Assembly (NCBI GenBank): GCA_964592525.1
Contig: CAZQFB010000001.1
Coordinates: 65,419-129,418 of the forward strand
DNA from: an uncultured Candidatus Saccharibacteria bacterium
GTDB lineage: Bacteria > Patescibacteriota > WWE3 > CAZQFB01
Reading direction: 5' to 3'
DNA: 64,000 bases
The notes beneath the pieces are model-generated. The model was given only the letters and a program-made list of their open reading frames with translations. It was not told the origin of the DNA and ran no database searches. The stretch's first letter is position 1. Every line of letters starts with the position of its first letter. The translations under genes and the position numbers were made by a program. Positions 18,537 through 28,020 of this stretch are shown here, in pieces.

Positions 18537-20776
18537 CTCTTATTTTTTTCGGTATTGTTATGTCGAGTTAGAAAATAATTAAGACTGGGAAAGATAATTC
18601 CCATCATAACTAAAGCAACGCCAAGATAAGTTAATAATTTTGAGTAGGCAGTTATACCAGTGGCTGGCAAGCTAATAATTACTCCACCGGAGGCTTCGGT
18701 GGCTTCTTTTTGCACAATGGGTACAGTCACTACTGGTGTTTTGAGAGCTGGGGTTTGGGTGATTGTGTTTTCTGGTACTGTCGTTGGGCTCACTGGTGTG
18801 GTGGTGAGGGCTGCGGCTTCAACTTCTGTTTCTGCTGCTGTTTGCGATGCGGCTTCGGCAAAAACCCCATAGGTCGAAAATTTAGTAGTCGTACAGGTGA
18901 CTTGGTGCGCGGTGGTATCCACTTGGCAATTACTTAATTCTTCCCAATAATCTCCATTCCAGCGGTGAATTTTAAGGGACTCTTCGGCTAAACTGGGATT
19001 TAGATCTAGTGGGTTATAGCTCACGGTTATCGCGATTGGTTTTTGGAAAGAAGTGATAGTTGTATTTTCATCTACCAAAGCATCTAGTTCGTAAAAGTTG
19101 CTGCCAACGGCTGTTTTATTAGTTGGTGTACTAGTGCTGTCTATAACAGCTTGTTCTTCAAGTTTCTTAATTTGCATTATGGTATCGGTTTCATGATAGT
19201 CGGTGGGGGCTTCAATCTTAATACTTTCCCCTCCTTCAGTCAGAGAAACCGCACCACCATAACTAGCATTTATCTCGCTACTAGTTTCGGTTAAGGCTTT
19301 AGAATCGCCGATGCATCCGGTGGTAGTAAACATGAAATTACCACTCAATGATTGCTCGTTGTCAACTTTGGACAAGGTTTGGAAGTTATAGGTGGTGCAA
19401 TTAGTAAGACCTTCAAGTGTGACGGTGTGTTCTGTCACAGGAGTATCTAAATCTTTAACTGGGGTTTGGTTAGAATAGGCGCTAGCGATGCCATATTCCA
19501 CTTGAGAGGAGGCTTCTTTATCAGTAGACCAGAGAATGGTAGCTGAATCTTCGGTGATATTTACAGTGGAGACACTCGTAGTATTAAAGTCTTGCACCAA
19601 GCATTCGGCATTAGGGCTGACCGTACCGTTGATAGCTAAACATTCACTAGTAGTAGTTGTACCGAGAATGGTAGTAATGGTAATTTTATCTGTTTTGGCT
19701 GAAGGTGGTACTTCGGCTTCGATTAAAACGTTACTCCAAGTATAAAAGGTGGCGATTGGGGTTTCTCCAATAGTAACAGTGCTTGTTTCTTGAGAAGTAC
19801 CGAAATTGGTACCAATAATTGTCACCGGTGCTTCAGTGGAAATGTTTTTGGGGTGAAAAGATTCAATTTTAGGGCCTAAGTCCCCACTTTCTGGCGCTAC
19901 TATCTCAAACAATTCTGTACTGATTGCAGAACCGTTAGCAGTGTTGACTTGGATTTTTCCAGTGCTGGCGTCTGCTGGTACTAAGACCGTGATGTTGCTA
20001 TTACTCCAGCCTTTAATATCACTTTTGGCGGTTTGTATTTCTCCAAAGGCGATAGTGGCTTCTTTTTGATCTTCCCCAAAGTTTTCACCGGTGATAATGA
20101 CGGTGTTACCTGTGCTACCTCTGGTTGGGTACACGGAACTTATCTTTGGGCTGTTAGTCGTACTCTGACCAGAGATAGTGATGGTAGCATCATTTGGAAT
20201 AAGTAAGATATCTTCACCAGAATCAGTAGTTATCTTAGTGTTTTGAGGGTCAAAGTATAAAGGTGTTTTTTCGGTGGGATTAAGAGCCAGAAACTTAATT
20301 GAGCCGAAAATGGTATCGTCGTTAGCTATGAAGGGTTTGGTACTGTCTGGAGTGACGCCATCTAATCTAATAATAACTTGGTGCTGATTAGTGCCTGGGG
20401 TGATATTGTCAGAGGTATCATTAGTAACATAATTAAGTTCACTAATATTACCAGGTTTGACTTGGACGAGGTCAGCCTTGGTGCCTTGCGAATCAACAAC
20501 TTCAAAAGGAGCAGTATCTGATTCATAGGCGTAAAGAAGGCGTGTTTGAACGATACTGGTAGGGATGCCTCTGGTATTAATCTTGATAGCCACTTCAAAC
20601 TCTTCTCCCACTTCGGCATTAATTACTTGGGGATCTAAGGTGATTGAGGCTATTTGACCCCCATTGCTGGGTGCTGCTGCTCTGTTAATATACCCTGTTT
20701 TTTGGAGCAGAAAAAACACTGTTATTGGTAATGCTATCAGCACTAAGGCAGAAATAATTAACCCAATTCGTCGCAT
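18533..20776 (-). CDS. Large LPXTG-anchored multidomain surface protein (cohesin-like, 2x IPT/TIG, FN3), a sortase substrate
   Basis: N-terminal signal peptide, IPT/TIG-like repeats (PKISSVYPTRGSTGNTVIITGENFG; PKIESFHPKNISTEAPVTIIGTNFG), an FN3-like segment (ITEDSATILWSTD ... TYNFQTLS) and a Thr/Pro-rich stalk. The C-terminal sorting signal is LPATG + hydrophobic segment + RHNNTEKNKR. Confidence 0.7.
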   Translation of the reverse strand: MRRIGLIISALVLIALPITVFFLLQKTGYINRAAAPSNGGQIASITLDPQVINAEVGEEFEVAIKINTRGIPTSIVQTRLLYAYESDTAPFEVVDSQGTKADLVQVKPGNISELNYVTNDTSDNITPGTNQHQVIIRLDGVTPDSTKPFIANDDTIFGSIKFLALNPTEKTPLYFDPQNTKITTDSGEDILLIPNDATITISGQSTTNSPKISSVYPTRGSTGNTVIITGENFGEDQKEATIAFGEIQTAKSDIKGWSNSNITVLVPADASTGKIQVNTANGSAISTELFEIVAPESGDLGPKIESFHPKNISTEAPVTIIGTNFGTSQETSTVTIGETPIATFYTWSNVLIEAEVPPSAKTDKITITTILGTTTTSECLAINGTVSPNAECLVQDFNTTSVSTVNITEDSATILWSTDKEASSQVEYGIASAYSNQTPVKDLDTPVTEHTVTLEGLTNCTTYNFQTLSKVDNEQSLSGNFMFTTTGCIGDSKALTETSSEINASYGGAVSLTEGGESIKIEAPTDYHETDTIMQIKKLEEQAVIDSTSTPTNKTAVGSNFYELDALVDENTTITSFQKPIAITVSYNPLDLNPSLAEESLKIHRWNGDYWEELSNCQVDTTAHQVTCTTTKFSTYGVFAEAASQTAAETEVEAAALTTTPVSPTTVPENTITQTPALKTPVVTVPIVQKEATEASGGVIISLPATGITAYSKLLTYLGVALVMMGIIFPSLNYFLTRHNNTEKNKR

Positions 20777-20849
20777 ACTCTTGGTTTATCCAGTACTAGT
20801 TTTTCTTAATAAAATACTGCCTTGAGTTTAGCATAAATAGTGGTTGGAA

Positions 20850-21077
20850 TTAATTATTGTTAAGGCGTTTTAATTGCTTTAGATATTCTAAATCTAAGGT
20901 GGGTTCTATGGGCTGGGCTAGGTCTAGTATTTCTTGGGAAACATAGATTGAACTGCTGCTGTGGTAAATTTCAAACACTACCCAAGCTATTACGGTAATA
21001 AAAGTGACTATTAGAATGGCAATTAGGTCTTTACTCATTAAGTTATTATGGTGCTGCTTGCAGACTATAAATCTCAA
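20850..21077 (-). CDS. Small single-pass membrane protein (hypothetical)
   Basis: 75-aa ORF with one hydrophobic helix (LIAILIVTFITVIAWVVF), placed between the PilO-like gene and the LPXTG protein gene. Confidence 0.3.
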   Translation of the reverse strand: MRFIVCKQHHNNLMSKDLIAILIVTFITVIAWVVFEIYHSSSSIYVSQEILDLAQPIEPTLDLEYLKQLKRLNNN

Positions 21078-21645
21078 AGGTAAGATGACCTTTAAGCTTT
21101 TCTTGCTGTTTATAATCTCTACTGGTCAAGTTAATATTGGTGAGATGGATCTTTCTTAGGTTAGTTTCCGTTAAGCTAATAAAATCCAAAAAGTCTTGGT
21201 AAGTGCCGGAATAATCTGTTTCGATAGAGGTTGTTACCACAGTGTTGTCGCTTTCAGTTTTTTGATTATGAATCGTTAAATTACTTAAGCTTAGGTTCGT
21301 TTTTACTGCTAAGGTAGTGACAGTGTTTAATATTTCTGGGATTTCTGGTTCGTCTGGGAGGGCTATGTCTAGAAGATAAAGATCGTTTTTAGCCAGTTTA
21401 TATTGGGTTTGAATGAGGGCTAAATTATCCATTTTAGTGTTTAATTGGGCGTCTATTTTGATCAAATCTGCCATTTCCTTTCTTAAGCTTACTATGGTAG
21501 CTAAAGCAGGTCTAATCGCAAAGGCGCCAAATACAATCAAGGCAATTAAAGTCATACCCGCTAGCGTGTAAGCTTTCTTTTGGGGATCCCGTAAATAAGG
21601 CATCACCCCCTTTTGATAATAGAATTGTAAATCCATCGTCATCAT
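21046..21645 (-). CDS. pilO: PilO-like type IV pilus/competence assembly protein
   Basis: Single TM segment followed by a coiled-coil and a C-terminal beta-rich domain. It directly follows, and overlaps by 4 nt, the PilN-like gene. Confidence 0.45.
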   Translation of the reverse strand: MMTMDLQFYYQKGVMPYLRDPQKKAYTLAGMTLIALIVFGAFAIRPALATIVSLRKEMADLIKIDAQLNTKMDNLALIQTQYKLAKNDLYLLDIALPDEPEIPEILNTVTTLAVKTNLSLSNLTIHNQKTESDNTVVTTSIETDYSGTYQDFLDFISLTETNLRKIHLTNINLTSRDYKQQEKLKGHLTFEIYSLQAAP

Positions 21646-22202
21646 GGTGTGTAATATCCCTGCTCAATTTTAATGGTAATAAAAAACAAGTAAGAATCAG
21701 TCAGATAATCGTATTGAGTACTAGTCAGTCTTATTTCTTGAACATCTTCACTAGAGATTAAAGAAGAGATTAATAAAGCAAACGAAGCAGCTGTATCAGC
21801 GATAGCGTTGAATTGAATTTGCTGCGGTTGGAGGTTTATTTTAGTGAACCGTACTTCTTGGGGAGACAGGGCGGATAGTTTGTTTAAACCCTGACTAAAA
21901 AAGATTTTTTCTTGCTCTAATTCTTTGAGGAGCTTAATTTTGTTTTGGTATCTGCGGACATTAGTTTCAAATCTTTTGGAGGTGGCTACACTAGCTGCCT
22001 TGTTTTCAATGTTCTCTTGAAGAGTGGTTATTTGGTAATCTAAGTTAAAGCGAGAGAGCCAGACCAATACTGCTACTAGTTCTGTGATAATAATAATCAC
22101 TCTGCCTACACCCACCATCCAAATAAAAACTTTGCGCGAGCGAGAGTGTTCTTCAAACTTTTTAGAGGGAATTAAATTGATTTCTCTATTTGATGTAGGC
22201 AT
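21642..22202 (-). CDS. pilN: PilN-like type IV pilus/competence assembly protein
   Basis: N-terminal REINLIPS (PilN INLLP-type motif), a basic stretch, a TM helix and a coiled-coil periplasmic domain. Confidence 0.5.
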   Translation of the reverse strand: MPTSNREINLIPSKKFEEHSRSRKVFIWMVGVGRVIIIITELVAVLVWLSRFNLDYQITTLQENIENKAASVATSKRFETNVRRYQNKIKLLKELEQEKIFFSQGLNKLSALSPQEVRFTKINLQPQQIQFNAIADTAASFALLISSLISSEDVQEIRLTSTQYDYLTDSYLFFITIKIEQGYYTP

Positions 22203-22222
22203 TGAGCAGGCATAACTTGAGT

Positions 22223-22474
22223 TTAAGAATCAAGCTTTTTAGCGAGTCTTGCTTTTAGGCGAGCAGCTTTTTGGGGGTGTAGGACCTTATTTTTAGCTGC
22301 CTTGTCTATTATTTTTTGGAGTCTGGTAAAAACTTGACCTACCCCGTCCTTATTTTTAATAGCTTCTTCGAGCGCACGTTTTTCTTGGTGTAAAGTCTTT
22401 TTCCAGACATAGTTCTGCTGCCTGTGTTTTAGTGCTTGTTTAGCCCTTTTACGAGCTGATTGGATATTTGCCAT
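22223..22474 (-). CDS. rpsT: 30S ribosomal protein S20
   Basis: MANIQSARKRAKQALKHRQ ... basic helical 83-aa protein typical of S20. Confidence 0.8.
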   Translation of the reverse strand: MANIQSARKRAKQALKHRQQNYVWKKTLHQEKRALEEAIKNKDGVGQVFTRLQKIIDKAAKNKVLHPQKAARLKARLAKKLDS

Positions 22475-22509
22475 GCCTGGATACTAGCAATATCTTGTAG
22501 GTAGCGCAA

Positions 22510-24222
22510 GTGGCATGGTATGCTGAACGCCGTATGGTTAAAGCTTTTTTCCGTAATGGGGCTTCGGTTATTCTGCGTCGTCAATCAACGATTTTATCGG
22601 CTGCCAGTGTATTGATGTTGGCGGCGTTACTTTCGGCTGTACTTGGCTTTGTGCGTTGGAGAATATTATTTACTTATTTCGGTAATTCTTCAGATTTGGG
22701 TATCTTTTTGTTAGCTGATCGTATTCCCAGTTTTATTTTTAATATTATGATTTCTGGTACTTTTGCTTCGGTTTTTATTCCTGTTTTTTCCTCGTGGCGT
22801 AGGCAAAATGAAACAGAAGCTTGGCAAATAGCGAGAACCATGTTTTCTGTAATGATGCTTATTTTTAGCTTTCTTATTTTAGCTCTTTTGATTGGTGCGA
22901 GACCAATTTCCCAACTAATTTCTGTGAACCAATTAAATGAGGAACAGTTGTCGTTGATGGTTAAATTATTAAGGCTAATGCTTTTTGCCCAGTTAGGTTT
23001 GGTAGCTTCAGCTTTTTTTACGGGTTTGTTGCATTCCTTCCAACATTTTATTATCCCCGCCCTAGCGCCTGTTTTTTATTGGGCAAGTTCGATTTTGTTT
23101 ATCATATATTTTGTAGATGAATTGGGTATTGCGGCGGCGGCTTGGGGCATGATTTTGGGCTCTTTACTGCATGTACTGGTCCAAATTCCAATAGCTAAAA
23201 AACTGGGTTTTACGCTAGCCCCTTTGTTTGAAATAAGAAGTTATGGTTTTAGGCAAATTTTAAAATTAATGGGTCCCCGAATGTTAGGTCAAATTGCCCC
23301 TGAAGTAGCAAGGTTGGTGGAAGGGTCTTTAGCGGTTTCAATCACCATTTTTTCTACGGCGCTTCTTACTGCTGCTCAAACTTTATATTACTTTCCTATT
23401 ACTTTGTTTGCGGTGGCTATCGCGCAAGCCGCCTTTCCGTTTCTGGCGGATAAAGCTATGGAGAATGACCTGCAAGATTTTAAGAAAACCTTTATTGCTT
23501 CTTTTCACCAAACCTTATTTTTTATGGTCCCCTTGGTTTTTATTGTGGTAGTTTTGAGACTGCCTGCGGTGAGATTAGTGTTTGGTTCGGATGAGTTTCG
23601 ATGGGAGTCTACGGTCATGACAGGTTACACGTTAGCTTACCTAGCGATTGGTATGTTAGCCCAATCTTTGGTCCATCTGTTAGTTAGAAGTTTCTACGCG
23701 CTTCAGGATACGGTGACCCCCTTGAAAGCTGGGGTGGTAATGTCTCTGGTGCAAGTGGGCTTGGGGTTATATCTAATTACTAAAGAAGGGTTACCTGTTT
23801 GGGGTTTGGCTCTTGCCTATGCTATTGCGGTTAATATTCAAGCTCTAATTTTGTTTAGGGCTTTATATAAAAAAATTGGTGGTTTTGGCTTGAGAGTTTT
23901 TTTCCGACCAGTGGTGAGAATGCTTACGGCTGGTTTTGTAACTGGAGCTTTGACCTATATGGTTTTTAAGATGTTGGACCGTTATTCTTGGGGTCATAAT
24001 CTCTCTTTAGGTCCCATCCAACTCCCCACCACTTTATATAACGTGATTATTGACACTAGTTTTACTATAAATTTAATCTACTTTACCTTTATTGTGGGTT
24101 GTTTTAGCTTAGGGATGTATTTATTGTTGACTTATCTTATGGGCGTGGAAGAGATCAGGGTGATTATGAGAATGATTGGCGAGAGATTAGCCCGTGTTAG
24201 CTTAAAAAGCTCGCAGAGGTAA
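22510..24222 (+). CDS. murJ: Lipid II flippase MurJ (MviN)
   Basis: About 14 predicted TM helices, 570 aa, MurJ-like N-terminus (RNGASVILRRQSTILSAASVLMLAALLSAVLGFVRWRIL). Start is GTG at 22510 or ATG at 22534. Confidence 0.75.
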   Translation: MAWYAERRMVKAFFRNGASVILRRQSTILSAASVLMLAALLSAVLGFVRWRILFTYFGNSSDLGIFLLADRIPSFIFNIMISGTFASVFIPVFSSWRRQNETEAWQIARTMFSVMMLIFSFLILALLIGARPISQLISVNQLNEEQLSLMVKLLRLMLFAQLGLVASAFFTGLLHSFQHFIIPALAPVFYWASSILFIIYFVDELGIAAAAWGMILGSLLHVLVQIPIAKKLGFTLAPLFEIRSYGFRQILKLMGPRMLGQIAPEVARLVEGSLAVSITIFSTALLTAAQTLYYFPITLFAVAIAQAAFPFLADKAMENDLQDFKKTFIASFHQTLFFMVPLVFIVVVLRLPAVRLVFGSDEFRWESTVMTGYTLAYLAIGMLAQSLVHLLVRSFYALQDTVTPLKAGVVMSLVQVGLGLYLITKEGLPVWGLALAYAIAVNIQALILFRALYKKIGGFGLRVFFRPVVRMLTAGFVTGALTYMVFKMLDRYSWGHNLSLGPIQLPTTLYNVIIDTSFTINLIYFTFIVGCFSLGMYLLLTYLMGVEEIRVIMRMIGERLARVSLKSSQR

Positions 24223-24360
24223 CTGGGTCAAATACTAGTTTGACTTATTTCCTGTATTTCTTGCTCTTTAACCACCAAATATATTAGCAAGGTTTATCTT
24301 GTCGCCACAGTTTTATAATTTTTATGTTCTAATTTCTAATTACTGGTATATTTACCTCCG

Positions 24361-26148
24361 ATGAAACAAGAAAATATACGTAACTTCGCTATTATTAGCC
24401 ATATTGATCATGGCAAGTCTACCTTAGCCGACAGGATGTTGGAAATTACGGGTACAGTGGAAAAGCGCAAGATGAAAGAGCGGTTTCTGGATTCACTTGA
24501 GGCAGAGCGAGAGCATGGTGTGACCATTAAAATGCAGGCGGCAAGAATGGAGTATCAGTTTGAAAAAGAGACCTATATTCTTAATTTGATAGATACTCCC
24601 GGTCACGTTGATTTTGGGTATGAAGTCTCTAGGGCTTTAGCTGCTTGTGAAGGCGCCTTGCTTTTGGTGGATGCTAGCCAGGGTATTCAAGCGCAAACGC
24701 TATCCACAGCCTCTAAAGCTATTAGTCAGGGGGTGACCTTAATACCCGTTATTAATAAAATTGATCTGCCCAATGCTGACGTGTTGAGAGTTACAGAACA
24801 ACTTACAGAAGTATTTGGTTTTCACAAGGAAGACATATTAAAGCTTTCGGCTAAGACTGGGGAAGGGGTTCATGATCTATTAACCTTAATTGTAAAAAAA
24901 ATAAAACCACCTTCTGGAGATAGCACCGGTTCTCTTAGAGCTTTGGTTTTTGATACTGTTTACTCTTCTCATAAAGGGGTGATTGCCTATGTCAAAGTAG
25001 TGGATGGTACCCTGAATAAAAGTAACAACATCTTTCTCATGAGGGGTAAAGTTAAAGGTAAACCTTTAGAACTAGGAGTAATTAGGGAAGGCTTTGTGCC
25101 TCAAGAAAAATTAAGTGCTGGGGAGGTGGGGTATATTGCTACTGGTTTTAAAAATATCAATAAATGTCGGGTTGGGGATACGGTAACTTTGAGTGACTTT
25201 CCAGCAACGGTGCCTTTAGCAGGGTATCAGTATATTAAACCGCTAGTTTTTGCGTCTCTTTTTCCTGTGGACAGTGATGATTATGAATCTTTTAGTGATG
25301 CTTTAGAGAAATTGGCTCTAAATGATTCTTCTCTTGAATATCGAAAGGAAAATTCGTCCGCCTTAGGTTTTGGCTATCGGGTAGGTTTTTTGGGTAGTTT
25401 TCATGCGGAAATTATTAAAGAAAGATTAGAAAAGGAATTTTTGTTGGATCTAATCATTACCTACCCTACCGTGTCCTATAACGTTGTTTTAATTGATGGG
25501 TCGGAAATTGCTATTACTTCTCCTGTGGAGTTACCAGAAGTTACAAAGATCAAAGAAGTTAGAGAACCTTGGGTGAGAGTGACTATTATGACTCCTGTTG
25601 ACTACCTTTCAGCTATTACCCAACTAATTTCCAAGTATCGTGGGTTGATGGTTAAGGTTGAGGATGTTAAACGTCAGTTGCTACTTAATTGTGAGATACC
25701 TCTTGCCGAAATTGTGATAAATTTTCATGATGATTTGAAATCACTTTCTGCTGGTTACGCCTCTTTTGATTATGAGCTAATTAATCATCGTCCAGTTGAT
25801 CTGGTGCGGGTGGATATTTTAGTGCACAAAGAGATGGTTCCTCCTTTTTCACGATTAGTTGTGCGCGATCAAGCGGAGAAAGTAGGTCGTAAGGTGGTAG
25901 AGACATTAAAAGTAGTATTGCCCAAACAACAATTTGCTATACCTATTCAGGCGGCTATTGGTGGTAAGGTTTTGGCTCGGGAGACTTTATCCGCTTACCG
26001 CAAAGATGTGACTGCTAAGTTGTATGGTGGTGATAGAACGCGCAAAGACAAATTGTTAAAAAAGCAGGTCCGGGGTAAAAAAAGAATGCGGGAAATGGGT
26101 AATGTGCAAATTCCCAAAGAAGCCTTTTATCAGGTGATGAAGAGCTAA
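24361..26148 (+). CDS. lepA: Elongation factor 4 (LepA)
   Basis: IRNFAIISHIDHGKSTLADRML ... DTPGHVDF ... NKIDLP and the LepA-specific C-terminus. Confidence 0.9.
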   Translation: MKQENIRNFAIISHIDHGKSTLADRMLEITGTVEKRKMKERFLDSLEAEREHGVTIKMQAARMEYQFEKETYILNLIDTPGHVDFGYEVSRALAACEGALLLVDASQGIQAQTLSTASKAISQGVTLIPVINKIDLPNADVLRVTEQLTEVFGFHKEDILKLSAKTGEGVHDLLTLIVKKIKPPSGDSTGSLRALVFDTVYSSHKGVIAYVKVVDGTLNKSNNIFLMRGKVKGKPLELGVIREGFVPQEKLSAGEVGYIATGFKNINKCRVGDTVTLSDFPATVPLAGYQYIKPLVFASLFPVDSDDYESFSDALEKLALNDSSLEYRKENSSALGFGYRVGFLGSFHAEIIKERLEKEFLLDLIITYPTVSYNVVLIDGSEIAITSPVELPEVTKIKEVREPWVRVTIMTPVDYLSAITQLISKYRGLMVKVEDVKRQLLLNCEIPLAEIVINFHDDLKSLSAGYASFDYELINHRPVDLVRVDILVHKEMVPPFSRLVVRDQAEKVGRKVVETLKVVLPKQQFAIPIQAAIGGKVLARETLSAYRKDVTAKLYGGDRTRKDKLLKKQVRGKKRMREMGNVQIPKEAFYQVMKS

Positions 26149-26957
26149 GCGATAATTTTAATTGCCAGCTCCTTTATTTGTTCTAGTTTTTTCTCGGGTA
26201 TACTGGTTTGATTAGTTATATCTTTAGGGTTGAGAATGGCAGCATCGCTGCACAAAACTATTCCGGCTTGGACTAATTGTTGTAGGTCTTGTCTGTTAAG
26301 ATTTGCGCATTCGGTTATGGGATGAAGCTTAGCTTGTTCTATTAGTTCTGGTAAACTGTGCCCCTTAGGGTAATCCCAGCTTAGAATACTCATGCCTTTA
26401 CAGAGAGCAAATTGAGTCGCATCGTTGGTTGTTTTAGTGTTGGTGGCTAGGCAAATAGCCGTCAGATTATGTTTATTCTTTAGGTCTTCATACCTGGACC
26501 AAACATACATCATGGTTTTAGCGTCAGTACGAGTACCGGCCTGATTGTGGAATTTAGCTTCAATGATAATTTTTTCGTTTCCTCTGGTAATGATGACATC
26601 AGTTTCGTGGGATATGCACTCTCCGTCTAAAGTGAGGTTAGTTACTGTTTGGTAACCTTGCGTTGCATATAGTTTGGCGATAAATTTTTCAAACGGAAAA
26701 CCTGTTGGACCAAGTGCCATAATGGCGCCTTTAAGTGAATATTTTGCTGCTAATGTTTTGTTATTTTGCTCAAGGAATTGATATAGCTTGGTGTATATTT
26801 CTTTGGTACTTATGCCCGGGTATAAAGATGGTTGTAGATTGTTAAGGGCTTGTTGTTGGAGAGCTGGGGGTATTCCCGCTCGGTGCATGGAATGGATTAA
26901 CTTTTGAGCATCAAAAGTTACCTTTTCACCATTAGCCTTTATTATCTGAATATTCAT
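26145..26957 (-). CDS. ATP-cone domain protein fused to a restriction-endonuclease-like PD-(D/E)XK (Mrr-cat-like) domain
   Basis: The N-terminus (IKANGEKVTFDAQKLIHSMHRAG ... ISTKEIYTKLYQFL) matches the ATP-cone pattern V-KR-G--E-FD--KI. The C-terminal HETDVII ... KIIIEAKFH is a D...E-x-K nuclease core. Confidence 0.45.
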   Translation of the reverse strand: MNIQIIKANGEKVTFDAQKLIHSMHRAGIPPALQQQALNNLQPSLYPGISTKEIYTKLYQFLEQNNKTLAAKYSLKGAIMALGPTGFPFEKFIAKLYATQGYQTVTNLTLDGECISHETDVIITRGNEKIIIEAKFHNQAGTRTDAKTMMYVWSRYEDLKNKHNLTAICLATNTKTTNDATQFALCKGMSILSWDYPKGHSLPELIEQAKLHPITECANLNRQDLQQLVQAGIVLCSDAAILNPKDITNQTSIPEKKLEQIKELAIKIIA

Positions 26958-28020
26958 GGGAATAGTGTAACAGAAATTAAGAGTGGGCTAACAGAACTCT
27001 ATACAACTCTAAAATCAGGGAAGATTCCTTCAAAGCATTCAGAGGGGTGTATTTACGAGGATTATAACCTGTAACTTTGTATATGTTTTTAGATATTTAC
27101 CTTGCAAGCATAGTTTTTGAACTCTAAGTAGATTTGAGTTAGTAAAAGACGGTGGACCAGAGGATCATTTTAGGACCGTGTTGTTTGCTTATTTGTGAAG
27201 AAATTAAAAAGGGTGAGCGAGGTGATAGCTATGGATACTAGGTCAAAAAGAAAAGTATAAGGTGGTTTTTTTTGTGACGCTTGTTATTACGAAGGATTCA
27301 GAGCTAGCTTTAACATTAACTTAAAGCCCATAGATAAATTTAAGTTAGTTAAGGTTTAGTTTCTTGCTGAAATTACTACTGGTTTTTAAGCAATCAACAT
27401 TATTCACCACAGCGCTAGTGGTATGTAAATTGAGGTGCTTGAGCTTTTTGTAATGGTTGGTACTCCTGTAATAGATAGAATTATAGTAATGCTTGTAATA
27501 ATTATAATGAATTTATTATTATGACGTTTGTAATTATTGGGTTGTTGGGAGTTCTCTGCGTGTTCGCATAGGTACTGATATATTAATTCAGTTAATTAAT
27601 TAACACGGTAATACAGTCTTTTTGTATCCTGTGATTAACTGTTTTTATTAGTTATTTTAAAAACGCTTATTCTCCCACCTGGCCGGTTTTGGTAGTGTTT
27701 TGAGCCTCCCCGCTTTCACTTATCAGGTTTGATAGTGGTTCTGTTTCTATTTATCCACCTAGCTGTGTTGTCAGTATATTTTGCTTCCATTACTCACCTA
27801 ACCGGTTGGGTTCTGGTTTGTGCTTCTTGATTTTTGTTTTAACATTAAGGCTACAAAGCCATGTTTAACCGAATTAGCTTTTAGTGACTTGCTTTAAACA
27901 ACTTTTTAAAATAATAAGTTTGAGCAGTAGTAATTAAACAAGGCATCCTCTGCGTTTTAAACGCTAGAGCTTCTTTATTTTCTCTTTCTTGCCCCAAAGC
28001 AGTATGCTTGTGAAAAGACC

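Noticed and set aside
18660-19745. Cys/Gly/Val-rich antisense ORFs within the LPXTG adhesin gene
   Set aside because: They are produced by the reverse complement of the Thr/Pro/Ala-rich stalk codons and are not plausible independent genes.
26958-28020. CRISPR array or mobile element in the long non-coding region
   Set aside because: The repeats are degenerate and irregularly spaced rather than identical direct repeats with unique spacers. No transposase, integrase or terminal inverted repeats were seen.
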